Assembly (NCBI GenBank): GCA_964497595.1
Contig: CAZCCQ010000001.1
Span: 1-24,190 of the forward strand
Length of the DNA: 24,190 bases
Direction of reading: 5' to 3'
Origin: an uncultured Candidatus Saccharibacteria bacterium
Lineage (GTDB): Bacteria > Patescibacteriota > Dojkabacteria > SC72
Below the pieces are notes generated by a model. The model saw only the letters and a list, made by a program, of their open reading frames with translations. It had not been told where the DNA came from and did not search any database. Every line of letters begins with the position of its first letter. The first letter of the stretch is position 1. This document shows positions 1 through 8,023 of this stretch, in pieces. A program made the translations under genes and the position numbers.

Positions 1-2
1 AC

Positions 3-929
3 AGCCTAATTAACAACAACAGAAATCCTTTGCTAGATAGAACTATTGCGGCTCAGATGCCTCCGGGTTCTACTTTTAAAGTGTTAGTAGCAGCAGCAGC
101 TTTGGATGCTGGGGTACTAAAGAGAAGTACAATATATGTAAGTAGGACAGGGTACACCTTTACTGGAGGAGCTTCTTTCCAAGAGTATGGGAATAACTCT
201 TACGGTTCATTGAACCTCATAGATGCAATATCTGTTTCTTCGAATATATATTTCTGCGAATTGATACGACATTGGGATATGAACAAACTCGTACCGTATC
301 TAGAGAAATTCGGAATTGGAGAAAATACAGGTATTGATCTGTTAGGGGAGATGCCAGGCAGACTCCCTTCCCCTGAAAACAAGATAGCTCTTTCGAAAAG
401 TAGTCCTTGGTTAGAGCCGGTATGGTACCCAGAAGGTGACTCCTGCAACTCAGTCATCGGACAGGGTATAACGCTTGTTACACCTATTCAAATGGTTAAT
501 TGGACTTCAGCTATAGCTAATGGGGGGAAATTGAATACTCCTCACATTGCTAAGTATTTTGAAAATGAGAAAAAAGAGAAAGATATTCTTCAATTTGATC
601 CAATACGAAGCAACATTGTGTCTTCCGATGCTCTTAAAATAGTAAGAGAGGGTATGTGGAATGCAGTAAATGGTCCAAGAGCAACAATTAGAGGTCTTAC
701 AGGTATAAACGGAGTGTCAGTGTCAGCGAAAACAGGTACGGCCGAGTTTGGTAGATTAAATAAAAAAGGAGAATACGAGCATACTCACGCTTGGGTAACA
801 ACATTTTTCCCATATGAGAACCCTAAATACGCTTTAACAATTTTCTTGGAAGATGGTGGACAAAGCTACAATGCAGCTAAATTAGCAAGAGAAATGATTA
901 TTTGGATGAAAGAGAATGGATATATTTAA
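3..929 (+). CDS. mrdA: Class B penicillin-binding protein (PBP2/MrdA-like), transpeptidase domain, truncated by the left window edge
   Basis: Frame is open from base 3 (SLINNNRNPLLDRTIAAQMPPGSTFK). All three PBP motifs are present: STFK (SxxK), SSN (SxN) and KTGT. The start at 30 in the ORF track is internal. Confidence 0.85.
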   Translation, partial: SLINNNRNPLLDRTIAAQMPPGSTFKVLVAAAALDAGVLKRSTIYVSRTGYTFTGGASFQEYGNNSYGSLNLIDAISVSSNIYFCELIRHWDMNKLVPYLEKFGIGENTGIDLLGEMPGRLPSPENKIALSKSSPWLEPVWYPEGDSCNSVIGQGITLVTPIQMVNWTSAIANGGKLNTPHIAKYFENEKKEKDILQFDPIRSNIVSSDALKIVREGMWNAVNGPRATIRGLTGINGVSVSAKTGTAEFGRLNKKGEYEHTHAWVTTFFPYENPKYALTIFLEDGGQSYNAAKLAREMIIWMKENGYI

Positions 930-964
930 TATATTATTCATCTTATTCTTGTATTCTCTTTACT

Positions 965-1651
965 GTGAGAATAATCAGAACTTACTCTAAAACTACCGAC
1001 CATTCCATATATCCTTCTTTATTGTACGAAATACCAGATTTTCCTAAACAGCTATATTGCTACGGTGATACTAATCTACTCAGAGAAAAATGTATAACAG
1101 TTATAGGTACAAGAGACATTAGTCAGTATGGGAAGAATGTAATAGATTTACTCATAAATGAGAAAATGAGAAAGCTAGGAATCGTTGTCGCTAGTGGGTT
1201 AGCGAGAGGTGTAGACTCTTTTGTACACAAAACTTGTCTTCAAAGGGGGATTAAAACTCTAGCTGTAGTGGCGGGGGGAATAGATACGGCAATACCTTAC
1301 AGCAACAGGGAACTTTTGCAGGAAATTATGGGAAAAGGCCTAGTTGTCGCGGAATATCCAAAAGGGACGAAAATGAATAAATATATGTATATTGAGAGAA
1401 ACAGAATTTTAGCTGGGTTGTCAAAGTCTGTTTTAATCATAGAAGCTGGGGAAAAAAGTGGTTCACTTACAACGGCTAGATTGGGGTTGGAGTATAATAG
1501 GGAGATATATGTAGTCCCTGGGAATATAACTAGCAGTGTGTCAAAGGGTTGCAATATTCTTGCAAGAGAAGGCGCAAATATCATTACAGGTCTAGAAGAT
1601 ATTCTTGAAATATTATGCGTGAAAAAGGGACAGAAAATAATAGATTTTTGA
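965..1651 (+). CDS. dprA: DNA-processing protein DprA/Smf, short form (Rossmann-fold core only)
   Basis: YPSLLYEIPDFPKQLYCYGD, VIGTR, VASGLARGVDSFVH, ERNRILAGLS, IIEAGEKSGSLTTA, VPGNITS-SKGCN. GTG at 965 is preferred over ATG 902, which overlaps pbp2 and adds a non-homologous pyrimidine-rich peptide; the start is uncertain. Confidence 0.92.
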   Translation: MRIIRTYSKTTDHSIYPSLLYEIPDFPKQLYCYGDTNLLREKCITVIGTRDISQYGKNVIDLLINEKMRKLGIVVASGLARGVDSFVHKTCLQRGIKTLAVVAGGIDTAIPYSNRELLQEIMGKGLVVAEYPKGTKMNKYMYIERNRILAGLSKSVLIIEAGEKSGSLTTARLGLEYNREIYVVPGNITSSVSKGCNILAREGANIITGLEDILEILCVKKGQKIIDF

Positions 1652-1677
1652 CAAAAGTAACAATGTTAATGTATTTT
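1648..1677 (+). promoter_or_regulatory. Putative sigma70 promoter of topA
   Basis: Perfect TTGACA (1648-1653, overlapping the dprA TGA stop), 18-nt spacer, weak -10 TATTTT (1672-1677). Confidence 0.5.
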
Positions 1678-1687
1678 AAGTAGTATT

Positions 1688-3847
1688 ATGCCAAAGAAAA
1701 TGCCAAAGAAAAGTGAAAAGAAAGGATACAGAAATCTCTTGATTGTCGAGTCTCCTTCTAAAGCGAAGACGATAAATAGGTATTTAGGTAGCGATTTTAA
1801 GGTTATGGCAACAGTTGGTCATATAATTGATCTTCCAAAGAGCAAGTTGGGGGTAGATGTAGAGAATAATTACGAACCTTTGTGGGAGAATATCTATGGG
1901 AAGGGCAAAATTTTAAAGGATCTAAAGAAATCTATTCCAAAAGAGGGGGATGTGTATTTGGCTATGGATCCAGATAGGGAAGGAGAAGCTATTGCTTGGC
2001 ACGTTTCTAACGCTTTGAACTTGAAAATACCTAAGAGAATTACTTTTCACGAAATTACGGAATCAGCGATAAAAGAGGCTGTAAAGAAACCCTCAAAGAT
2101 AGATATAGATCTGGTTGATGCTCAAAAGGCAAGAAGAGTATTGGATAGATTAGTTGGCTACAAACTTTCTGAATTGATATGGAAGAAGATGTGGTACGGA
2201 TTATCGGCAGGAAGGGTGCAGTCAGTAGCTTTGAGATTAATAGTAGAGAAAGAAGAAGAGAGAGAGGCATTTAACTCTGAGGAGTATTGGGATGTAAAAG
2301 TTGTTGTGAAAGATGATGAAAAACACGAGTTAGAGGCTAAATTGGTTAGAAAAGATGGTAAAAAATATATTCCTTCAAAGCAAGAAGAAGTAGAAGAATT
2401 GGAGAAAAAAATAGGAGATAGCAAGTTTGTTGTTAAGAATGTAACAAAAAAGAAAGTTAGTAAACACGCATACCCTCCTTTTACAACGTCTACTATGCAA
2501 CAGTCAGCATACAATTCTTTGGGATATACATCTAGGAAGACAATGAGTACAGCACAGATCCTGTATCAAGCTGGATATATTACATATATGAGAACAGATT
2601 CAGTATTTTTAAGCAAAAAGGCAGTTGAATCTATTAGAGAACTTGTGGAAAAAAGATATGGTAAAGAATATATCCCTTCTTCGCCAAACTATTACAAAAA
2701 TAGGGCAAAAAATGCACAGGAGGCACACGAAGCTATTAGACCTTCTGATTTCTATGTAGATTTGAAGAAAGTAGAAGGAGATCTTGGGAATGCGGCTGCC
2801 AAACTTTATGAATTGATATGGAAGAGAGCAGTTGCAAGTCAGATGAGCAGTAAGGAAGTAGAAGTTTTGACTGTTTCTTTAGTTCCAAAAGAGTTGAAAA
2901 ATCCTGAATACGAGTTTGTGATGGGAGGAGAAAGAGTGTTGTTTGAAGGTTTTAGAAAAGTTATGTGGATTAAGAGTAGTAGTGAGGATTTGCAAGAAAT
3001 GTACAAGATTGAGAAAGGAGATGAATTAGAGAAGGTTAAGTTCATAAATGAGCAGAAATTTACACAGCCTCCTGCTAGATATACAGAGGCTTCTTTGATC
3101 AAAAAATTGGAGAATTTAGGTATTGGGAGGCCTTCAACTTACGCAACTATTATTTCTACTATACTAGCTCGAGGTTATGTTGTGAAAGATGGTAAGGCTT
3201 TAGCACCAGTAGATGTTGGTAGATTGGTTACAAATTTCTTGAAAAAGAATTTTTCTAGATTGGTGGATTATACATATACAGCAAATGTTGAGGATGAGTT
3301 AGATGGGATATCTTTAGGGAAGAAAAAGTACGTTCCTGTAATAGATGAGGAGTACAAAATGCTTGTGAAGGGTATTGATGAGGCTGAGAAGAATGTTAAA
3401 AAGGAAGATGTCGTTATTTTAGGGAAGTCTGAAGAGAAATGTCCTGTTTGTGGGGAAGAAATGGTGGTAAGGGTAGGAAGATACGGTAAGTTCTTGAGTT
3501 GTTCTACTTTCCCTAAATGCAAGGGAATGAAAGATCTTTCTAGTAAAGAGGATTTAGATTTTGAGAAGTATGAGCGACCAGAGAAGTGTCCTAAGTGTGG
3601 GTCTAAATTAGTGTTGAAGAGTGGGAAGTATGGGCGGTTTTGGGCTTGTGAGAGATACCCTGAGTGTAAAGGTATTGTTCCATTACTTTTGAAAGAGAAA
3701 TGTCCTGAGTGTGGGCACAGTTTGGTGGAAAGAAGAAGTAAGTGGGGAAAGGCTTTTATTGGGTGTAGTAACTATCCTGATTGTAAGTACATTAAGAAGG
3801 AATTTAAGAAAAAGAGTAAGGCGAAGAGGAAAAAGGGCGAGGAGTAG
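1688..3847 (+). CDS. topA: DNA topoisomerase I (type IA) with three C-terminal zinc ribbons and a Lys-rich tail
   Basis: TOPRIM LIVESPSKAKTI and AMDPDREGEAIAWH; SAGRVQS; ITYMRTDS (catalytic Tyr); EAHEAIRP; GIGRPSTY; three CPxC...CxxYPxC ribbons. Confidence 0.98.
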   Translation: MPKKMPKKSEKKGYRNLLIVESPSKAKTINRYLGSDFKVMATVGHIIDLPKSKLGVDVENNYEPLWENIYGKGKILKDLKKSIPKEGDVYLAMDPDREGEAIAWHVSNALNLKIPKRITFHEITESAIKEAVKKPSKIDIDLVDAQKARRVLDRLVGYKLSELIWKKMWYGLSAGRVQSVALRLIVEKEEEREAFNSEEYWDVKVVVKDDEKHELEAKLVRKDGKKYIPSKQEEVEELEKKIGDSKFVVKNVTKKKVSKHAYPPFTTSTMQQSAYNSLGYTSRKTMSTAQILYQAGYITYMRTDSVFLSKKAVESIRELVEKRYGKEYIPSSPNYYKNRAKNAQEAHEAIRPSDFYVDLKKVEGDLGNAAAKLYELIWKRAVASQMSSKEVEVLTVSLVPKELKNPEYEFVMGGERVLFEGFRKVMWIKSSSEDLQEMYKIEKGDELEKVKFINEQKFTQPPARYTEASLIKKLENLGIGRPSTYATIISTILARGYVVKDGKALAPVDVGRLVTNFLKKNFSRLVDYTYTANVEDELDGISLGKKKYVPVIDEEYKMLVKGIDEAEKNVKKEDVVILGKSEEKCPVCGEEMVVRVGRYGKFLSCSTFPKCKGMKDLSSKEDLDFEKYERPEKCPKCGSKLVLKSGKYGRFWACERYPECKGIVPLLLKEKCPECGHSLVERRSKWGKAFIGCSNYPDCKYIKKEFKKKSKAKRKKGEE

Positions 3848-3885
3848 TTCATATATTTTTCATTCCTTTTGGTTACTATTTTTTT

Positions 3886-4521
3886 ATGTTTCCTAGAGAA
3901 AAATATTTAGAAAGAGGTATTGATTCTCTTTCAGATATGGAATTGTTGGCCATTATTGTTGGTAGGGGGATTAAGGGGAAGAATTTTCTTTCAGTTTCTA
4001 GGAGTTTGTTGAGCAAGATGAGAAAAGTTTTGGAGACAAAACAGGAGGTTACATTAGAGAGTATTTCGGATATTGATGGGATTGGGGTAGTGACTGGGAT
4101 GAAAATTTTGTGTGGGATAGAATTGGGGAGAAGGCTATATGATTTAGGCGAGGGAGAGAGAAGTTTAGTACGTAATTCACAGGAGGCATTTGCTTTGTTA
4201 AAGTATATATCGAAGAAGAAACAGGAGCATATAGTTGCTCTTTTTTTGAATTCTAGGTTTGAGGTAATATCAAAGAGGGTGATTTGTATTGGGAGTTTGG
4301 ATGGTGTCTCAGTGTTGCCTCGAGATATCATAATTCCAGCTTTGGAGGTTAATGCTAGTAGTGTTGTTATTGCACATAATCATCCGTCAGGGGATAGTAC
4401 TCCTAGTTTAGAGGATATTGATATTACCAAGAGAATTAGTGATGGGTTAGAGTTGGTGGGGTTGTCTTTGCTTGATCATATTGTAATAGGGAAAAATGAG
4501 TGGAAAAGAGTAGAAATTTGA
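3886..4521 (+). CDS. radC: RadC family protein (HhH N-terminal part plus JAB/MPN domain)
   Basis: LSDMELLAII, IDGIG...IELGRRL, IAHNHPSGDSTPSLEDIDIT, LLDHIVIG. Confidence 0.95.
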   Translation: MFPREKYLERGIDSLSDMELLAIIVGRGIKGKNFLSVSRSLLSKMRKVLETKQEVTLESISDIDGIGVVTGMKILCGIELGRRLYDLGEGERSLVRNSQEAFALLKYISKKKQEHIVALFLNSRFEVISKRVICIGSLDGVSVLPRDIIIPALEVNASSVVIAHNHPSGDSTPSLEDIDITKRISDGLELVGLSLLDHIVIGKNEWKRVEI

Positions 4522-4527
4522 AAATGT

Positions 4528-4556
4528 TTGTTTTGGGATCCATTCTTTGCTATGAT
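4528..4556 (+). promoter_or_regulatory. Putative extended -10 promoter of the surface protein gene
   Basis: TTGTTT (4528-4533), 17-nt spacer, TG-c-TATGAT (4548-4556). It lies downstream of the ORF-track start 4500 and so supports ATG 4581. Confidence 0.5.
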
Positions 4557-4580
4557 GAAGGTATAGAAAAAACTGCTATT

Positions 4581-6752
4581 ATGCGAAATAAATCTGGTGT
4601 AAAAAATAAAAGTAAAATCGCCCTCTTTGTTGTGTCATTTACTCTCTTTGTCGTTGGTACATTCTTTTCTTTAAAAAGTATTCAATTGGATAAATTTATA
4701 CAGTTAGTTAATGGTGAAGAAATTCTTCAAGAAATAGAAGAGGTAGCAGAAAAGGTAATAGAAGAATCAGTAAAGGAGGGTGGTGTAGAGCCTAAAGTGG
4801 AAGTAACAGAAGAAAAGACAGGAGAGGAAATTAGTGAGAGTATTCAAGAGGTTGATGGTGGCAAATTAAAAGATGAAGGGAATGATATTGAACAGCCAAG
4901 TGTTGAAAGAATTACGGAAGAGGTTGCGGTTACGGAAGTAACTGATTTAAAGGGGAAAGAGCTAGAAGAAGGCAAAATGAAGTCTCCAACTCTCGAGCTA
5001 GGAATGTCTCCCACAGTTCCTGATGTGGAAAGTAACAAGAGTGATATAATTTTAGAGAATTTGTCTCCTGTGCCAATGGGAGGGAATGATCCGACTTTAA
5101 TTATTGAGAAAACAATTATTAATAACGATGGAGGGACAGCGACTGTAGATGATTTTGCTATTAGGCTAAATGGGGAATTATTAACTTTTGGTCCTCCTGT
5201 GAATTTGTCTGTTGGTAAATTATATCGATCATATCCTTCTGTTGTAACTGGAGTTCCCTATACATTAACAGAAATAGATCATCCAGGGTATGTCGAAGGA
5301 TTTTGGTACTGTGAGGATTCTATGGAAGAGGTGCAAGTACCTATACCTATGCCACTTACTTTTTTAGAAGGACAGGAAATCGTTTGTAGAATAACTAATA
5401 ATGATAGAAATGGACAAGAGTTGGCGAATTTGAAAATAATTACAAATGTTGTAGATTTATTAGGGCTAGGTGTTAAGGCAACTGATTTTAAGATTACGGT
5501 ATCGCAGTATGAACAAAGTCTTTTGGAATTTTGGGGTAGTGAGATTGGTACAGATATGATCTTGGATCCTGGCAATTATGACTTATTTGTTGAGGATGAG
5601 AGCTATAACTATCAAGTAGTAACTGTTTTTAGTCCCGAATGTCCTCGTCCTTATGAGTCTCATTGGGGTCTTGTAAATTTAGAACCAGGGGAGAATAAGG
5701 TGTGTACAATAACTAATTATGTATTTCCTAAGGCTTTTGTTTATGGATATAAGATGTTGCTTAACAGTGAAAATGTTCTTCATACTAATTGGGTCAATAC
5801 GGATATCCCTAATGACATATTTAGTGTTTTGTTAAAAAATGAGAGTGGTGGCTCAGATATTTTGTTAAATTTCCCTGTTTTTGAAGGTAGCGATCCTGCT
5901 GATATAGCTATTGATTACAAAGCTCAAAATTTTCAAGCTATTGCACCAGGTACATATAGAGTAAATGAAGTACAAAAGGATGGATACATATCAAAAGGAT
6001 GTACGATGGCGTGTAAAGGTCGTCTCGAATTTGATTTCCCACCTAGTACAACTGTTATAACAATTGATGACGGAAATTGGGAATGTAAAGTAGAGTGCAC
6101 AAATCAGGTGGTAGAAAATTCTCAATTGGAAGTCACAAAGAGTAATGATTCTCCAGCAACTGGGGTAGAGGTCGGCAGTGATGTTATGTATACAATAAGA
6201 TTGAAGGCGCCTGTGAATAATGAAGACGGAAATTACATAGTTAAAAACGTTGTAACATTTGACAGATTGCCAAAGGGCTTTTTATATAAAAGTGGTAGCT
6301 GGAAAGCAATTTCTACAAAACGAGGGGAGTTAAATATATTGGAGCCAATATATGGAGGAGAGGACTGGGCTAAATGGGATGTTGGGGATATGGTGGAAGG
6401 AGAGGAAGTTACGTTAACATATATTACAAAAGTATCTTCAGGAGTAACTCCTGGAGTGTATCCTGATAGTGCTTGGGCTTCTGGTGGTTCTGTATTGGGA
6501 GCTCGGGTATTAGGTAATGTGTCTACTGGTTCTTCTTCAGAGTTTGTTGAGACGGAGGTGAAAGTGTTGGGTTTGTCAGGACATCTTCCTAGTACTGGTT
6601 CTGACACATTTTTAACAATATTTTCTGTAGTTATTACAGCTATTGGGGTAATACTTTTGTCTTACAATTTTAAAAAAGGCTGTGGCGCCTATAGTGTATT
6701 AAATATCTCTTCTAAACAGCGAAATAGTACATACATACCAAGAGAAAATTGA
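4581..6752 (+). CDS. Large surface protein: N-terminal TM, acidic E/V-rich linker, about three prealbumin/SpaA-like beta domains, DUF11-like domain, LPSTG motif, C-terminal TM and tail
   Basis: MRNKSGVKNKSK followed by a hydrophobic helix; PTLIIEKTIINNDGGTATVDDF...VCRITNND and a second ...VCTITN unit; LEVTKSND...VMYTI...VVTFDRLPKGF-Y..GS...VTLTYITKV (DUF11-like); LPSTG at 6585-6599 followed by a TM and FKK. Domain names are recognised by pattern only. Confidence 0.7.
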   Translation: MRNKSGVKNKSKIALFVVSFTLFVVGTFFSLKSIQLDKFIQLVNGEEILQEIEEVAEKVIEESVKEGGVEPKVEVTEEKTGEEISESIQEVDGGKLKDEGNDIEQPSVERITEEVAVTEVTDLKGKELEEGKMKSPTLELGMSPTVPDVESNKSDIILENLSPVPMGGNDPTLIIEKTIINNDGGTATVDDFAIRLNGELLTFGPPVNLSVGKLYRSYPSVVTGVPYTLTEIDHPGYVEGFWYCEDSMEEVQVPIPMPLTFLEGQEIVCRITNNDRNGQELANLKIITNVVDLLGLGVKATDFKITVSQYEQSLLEFWGSEIGTDMILDPGNYDLFVEDESYNYQVVTVFSPECPRPYESHWGLVNLEPGENKVCTITNYVFPKAFVYGYKMLLNSENVLHTNWVNTDIPNDIFSVLLKNESGGSDILLNFPVFEGSDPADIAIDYKAQNFQAIAPGTYRVNEVQKDGYISKGCTMACKGRLEFDFPPSTTVITIDDGNWECKVECTNQVVENSQLEVTKSNDSPATGVEVGSDVMYTIRLKAPVNNEDGNYIVKNVVTFDRLPKGFLYKSGSWKAISTKRGELNILEPIYGGEDWAKWDVGDMVEGEEVTLTYITKVSSGVTPGVYPDSAWASGGSVLGARVLGNVSTGSSSEFVETEVKVLGLSGHLPSTGSDTFLTIFSVVITAIGVILLSYNFKKGCGAYSVLNISSKQRNSTYIPREN

Positions 6753-6778
6753 CACACCAGCCCAGTGGATAGTATAAT
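6749..6778 (+). promoter_or_regulatory. Consensus sigma70 promoter of the rpsB-tsf operon
   Basis: TTGACA (6749-6754), 18-nt spacer, TATAAT (6773-6778); both hexamers are perfect. Confidence 0.85.
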
Positions 6779-6799
6779 CGCTTGTTTAATATATCTCAT

Positions 6800-6842
6800 A
6801 TATTTCTGGCCTATCCTGGATAGCGATATCCTTCAGAAATAT
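6800..6842 (+). promoter_or_regulatory. Stem-loop in the rpsB 5' UTR, candidate autoregulatory leader
   Basis: ATATTTCTG (6800-6808) pairs with CAGAAATAT (6834-6842); inner helix CTATC-CTG-GATAG (6811-6823); lies just 5' of the AGGA SD-like site. Confidence 0.45.
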
Positions 6843-6866
6843 TCATAAAAGGAAAGGAACAATTAT

Positions 6867-8003
6867 ATGGCAGACGCCAAAAAAGAAGTCTTGGAGAAAA
6901 CTGAGACTAAAAACAAGAGTTTTCAATTACCAGAGTTGTTAGATTTACTTAAGGTGGGAGCTCATTTTGGGCATAAGAAGAGTGCTTGGGATCCTCGTAT
7001 GAAGAAGTATATCTATGAGGTTCGAAACGATACTCATATAATCGATTTGGTAAAAACTTTGGAAAATTTAGATGTTGCTTTAACAAAGTTGCAAAATTAT
7101 GCAGATAAAGGGAGTATTTTGATTGTTGGTACGAAAGGTCAGGCATCTACTATTGTAGAAGATGTGGCTACAAAGTTTGGTATGTTCTACATCAATAGAA
7201 GATGGCCGGGAGGATTATTTACAAACTTTGAGGGTATGAAGAAGAGTGTGCAGTCTTTGGTAAAGATGGAGGAGCAGTTGGCAAGAGGTGCGAAGGGATT
7301 AGTGAAGAAGGAGGCTCTTCTTTTGGAGCAGGAGGTAGAGAGATTGAACAAGATTTATAGAGGTATTAAGTTTATGGATAGACTTCCAGAGGCAATTATA
7401 GTAATTGATAGTCAGGTAGAGAAGAATGCTATTAAGGAATCAATAAATATGCATATTCCTATAATTGCTTTGATTGATACTAATTGCAATCCAGATATTA
7501 TAGATTATCCTATTCCTGCGAATGATGATTCGCTTAAAAGTATTTCTCTTTTCGCAGAGTTGTTTGGTAATGTAGTTGGGAAATCAAAGAAGGCCCTCTC
7601 TCTTCTGTCTTTGAGAAGAGATAATGAAGCAATGTTAGCAAAATTAAGAAAAGATTTTGAAGATGAGAAGGAGAGACAGTCGAAGATGGAGGAAGAAGAT
7701 AGGGAGAGAATGAAAGCTTTAAGAGAAGGCAAAATTAAGACAGTTCATACGGGTTCGGTTATTAGGGTAGTTAAGAAGGATAAAGATATGGATGAGGAGA
7801 TTAAGAAAGCAGAGGAAGTAAAAAAGAAAGAGGATAAAAAGGGAATTGATGGACTGGGTCTTTCTGCAAGAATTGTGAAATCTCTTAACGATGTAGGTAT
7901 TAAAAATGTTGCTGATTTAAAGAAGATGGATAAAGAGGAGATTTTGGCAGTAAAGGGAATTGGTGAAAAAGCAGTTAAGGATATTCAGAAAGCTATTAAA
8001 TAA
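6867..8003 (+). CDS. rpsB: 30S ribosomal protein uS2 with a long C-terminal extension (coiled coil plus alpha-CTD-like HhH domain)
   Basis: GAHFGH, HIIDL, ILIVGTK, YINRRWPGGLFTNF, LPEAIIVID, IIALIDTNCNP, YPIPANDDS; about 140 extra residues follow the core. Confidence 0.97.
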   Translation: MADAKKEVLEKTETKNKSFQLPELLDLLKVGAHFGHKKSAWDPRMKKYIYEVRNDTHIIDLVKTLENLDVALTKLQNYADKGSILIVGTKGQASTIVEDVATKFGMFYINRRWPGGLFTNFEGMKKSVQSLVKMEEQLARGAKGLVKKEALLLEQEVERLNKIYRGIKFMDRLPEAIIVIDSQVEKNAIKESINMHIPIIALIDTNCNPDIIDYPIPANDDSLKSISLFAELFGNVVGKSKKALSLLSLRRDNEAMLAKLRKDFEDEKERQSKMEEEDRERMKALREGKIKTVHTGSVIRVVKKDKDMDEEIKKAEEVKKKEDKKGIDGLGLSARIVKSLNDVGIKNVADLKKMDKEEILAVKGIGEKAVKDIQKAIK

Positions 8004-8023
8004 TTTTAAGTAAAAGAAAGGGT

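Noticed and set aside
902-964. ORF-track N-terminal extension of dprA
   Set aside because: Overlaps the pbp2 end, is non-homologous and pyrimidine-rich; GTG 965 fits better.
4500-4580. ORF-track N-terminal extension of the surface protein
   Set aside because: Overlaps radC and contains the predicted promoter; ATG 4581 gives a normal basic N-region plus TM.
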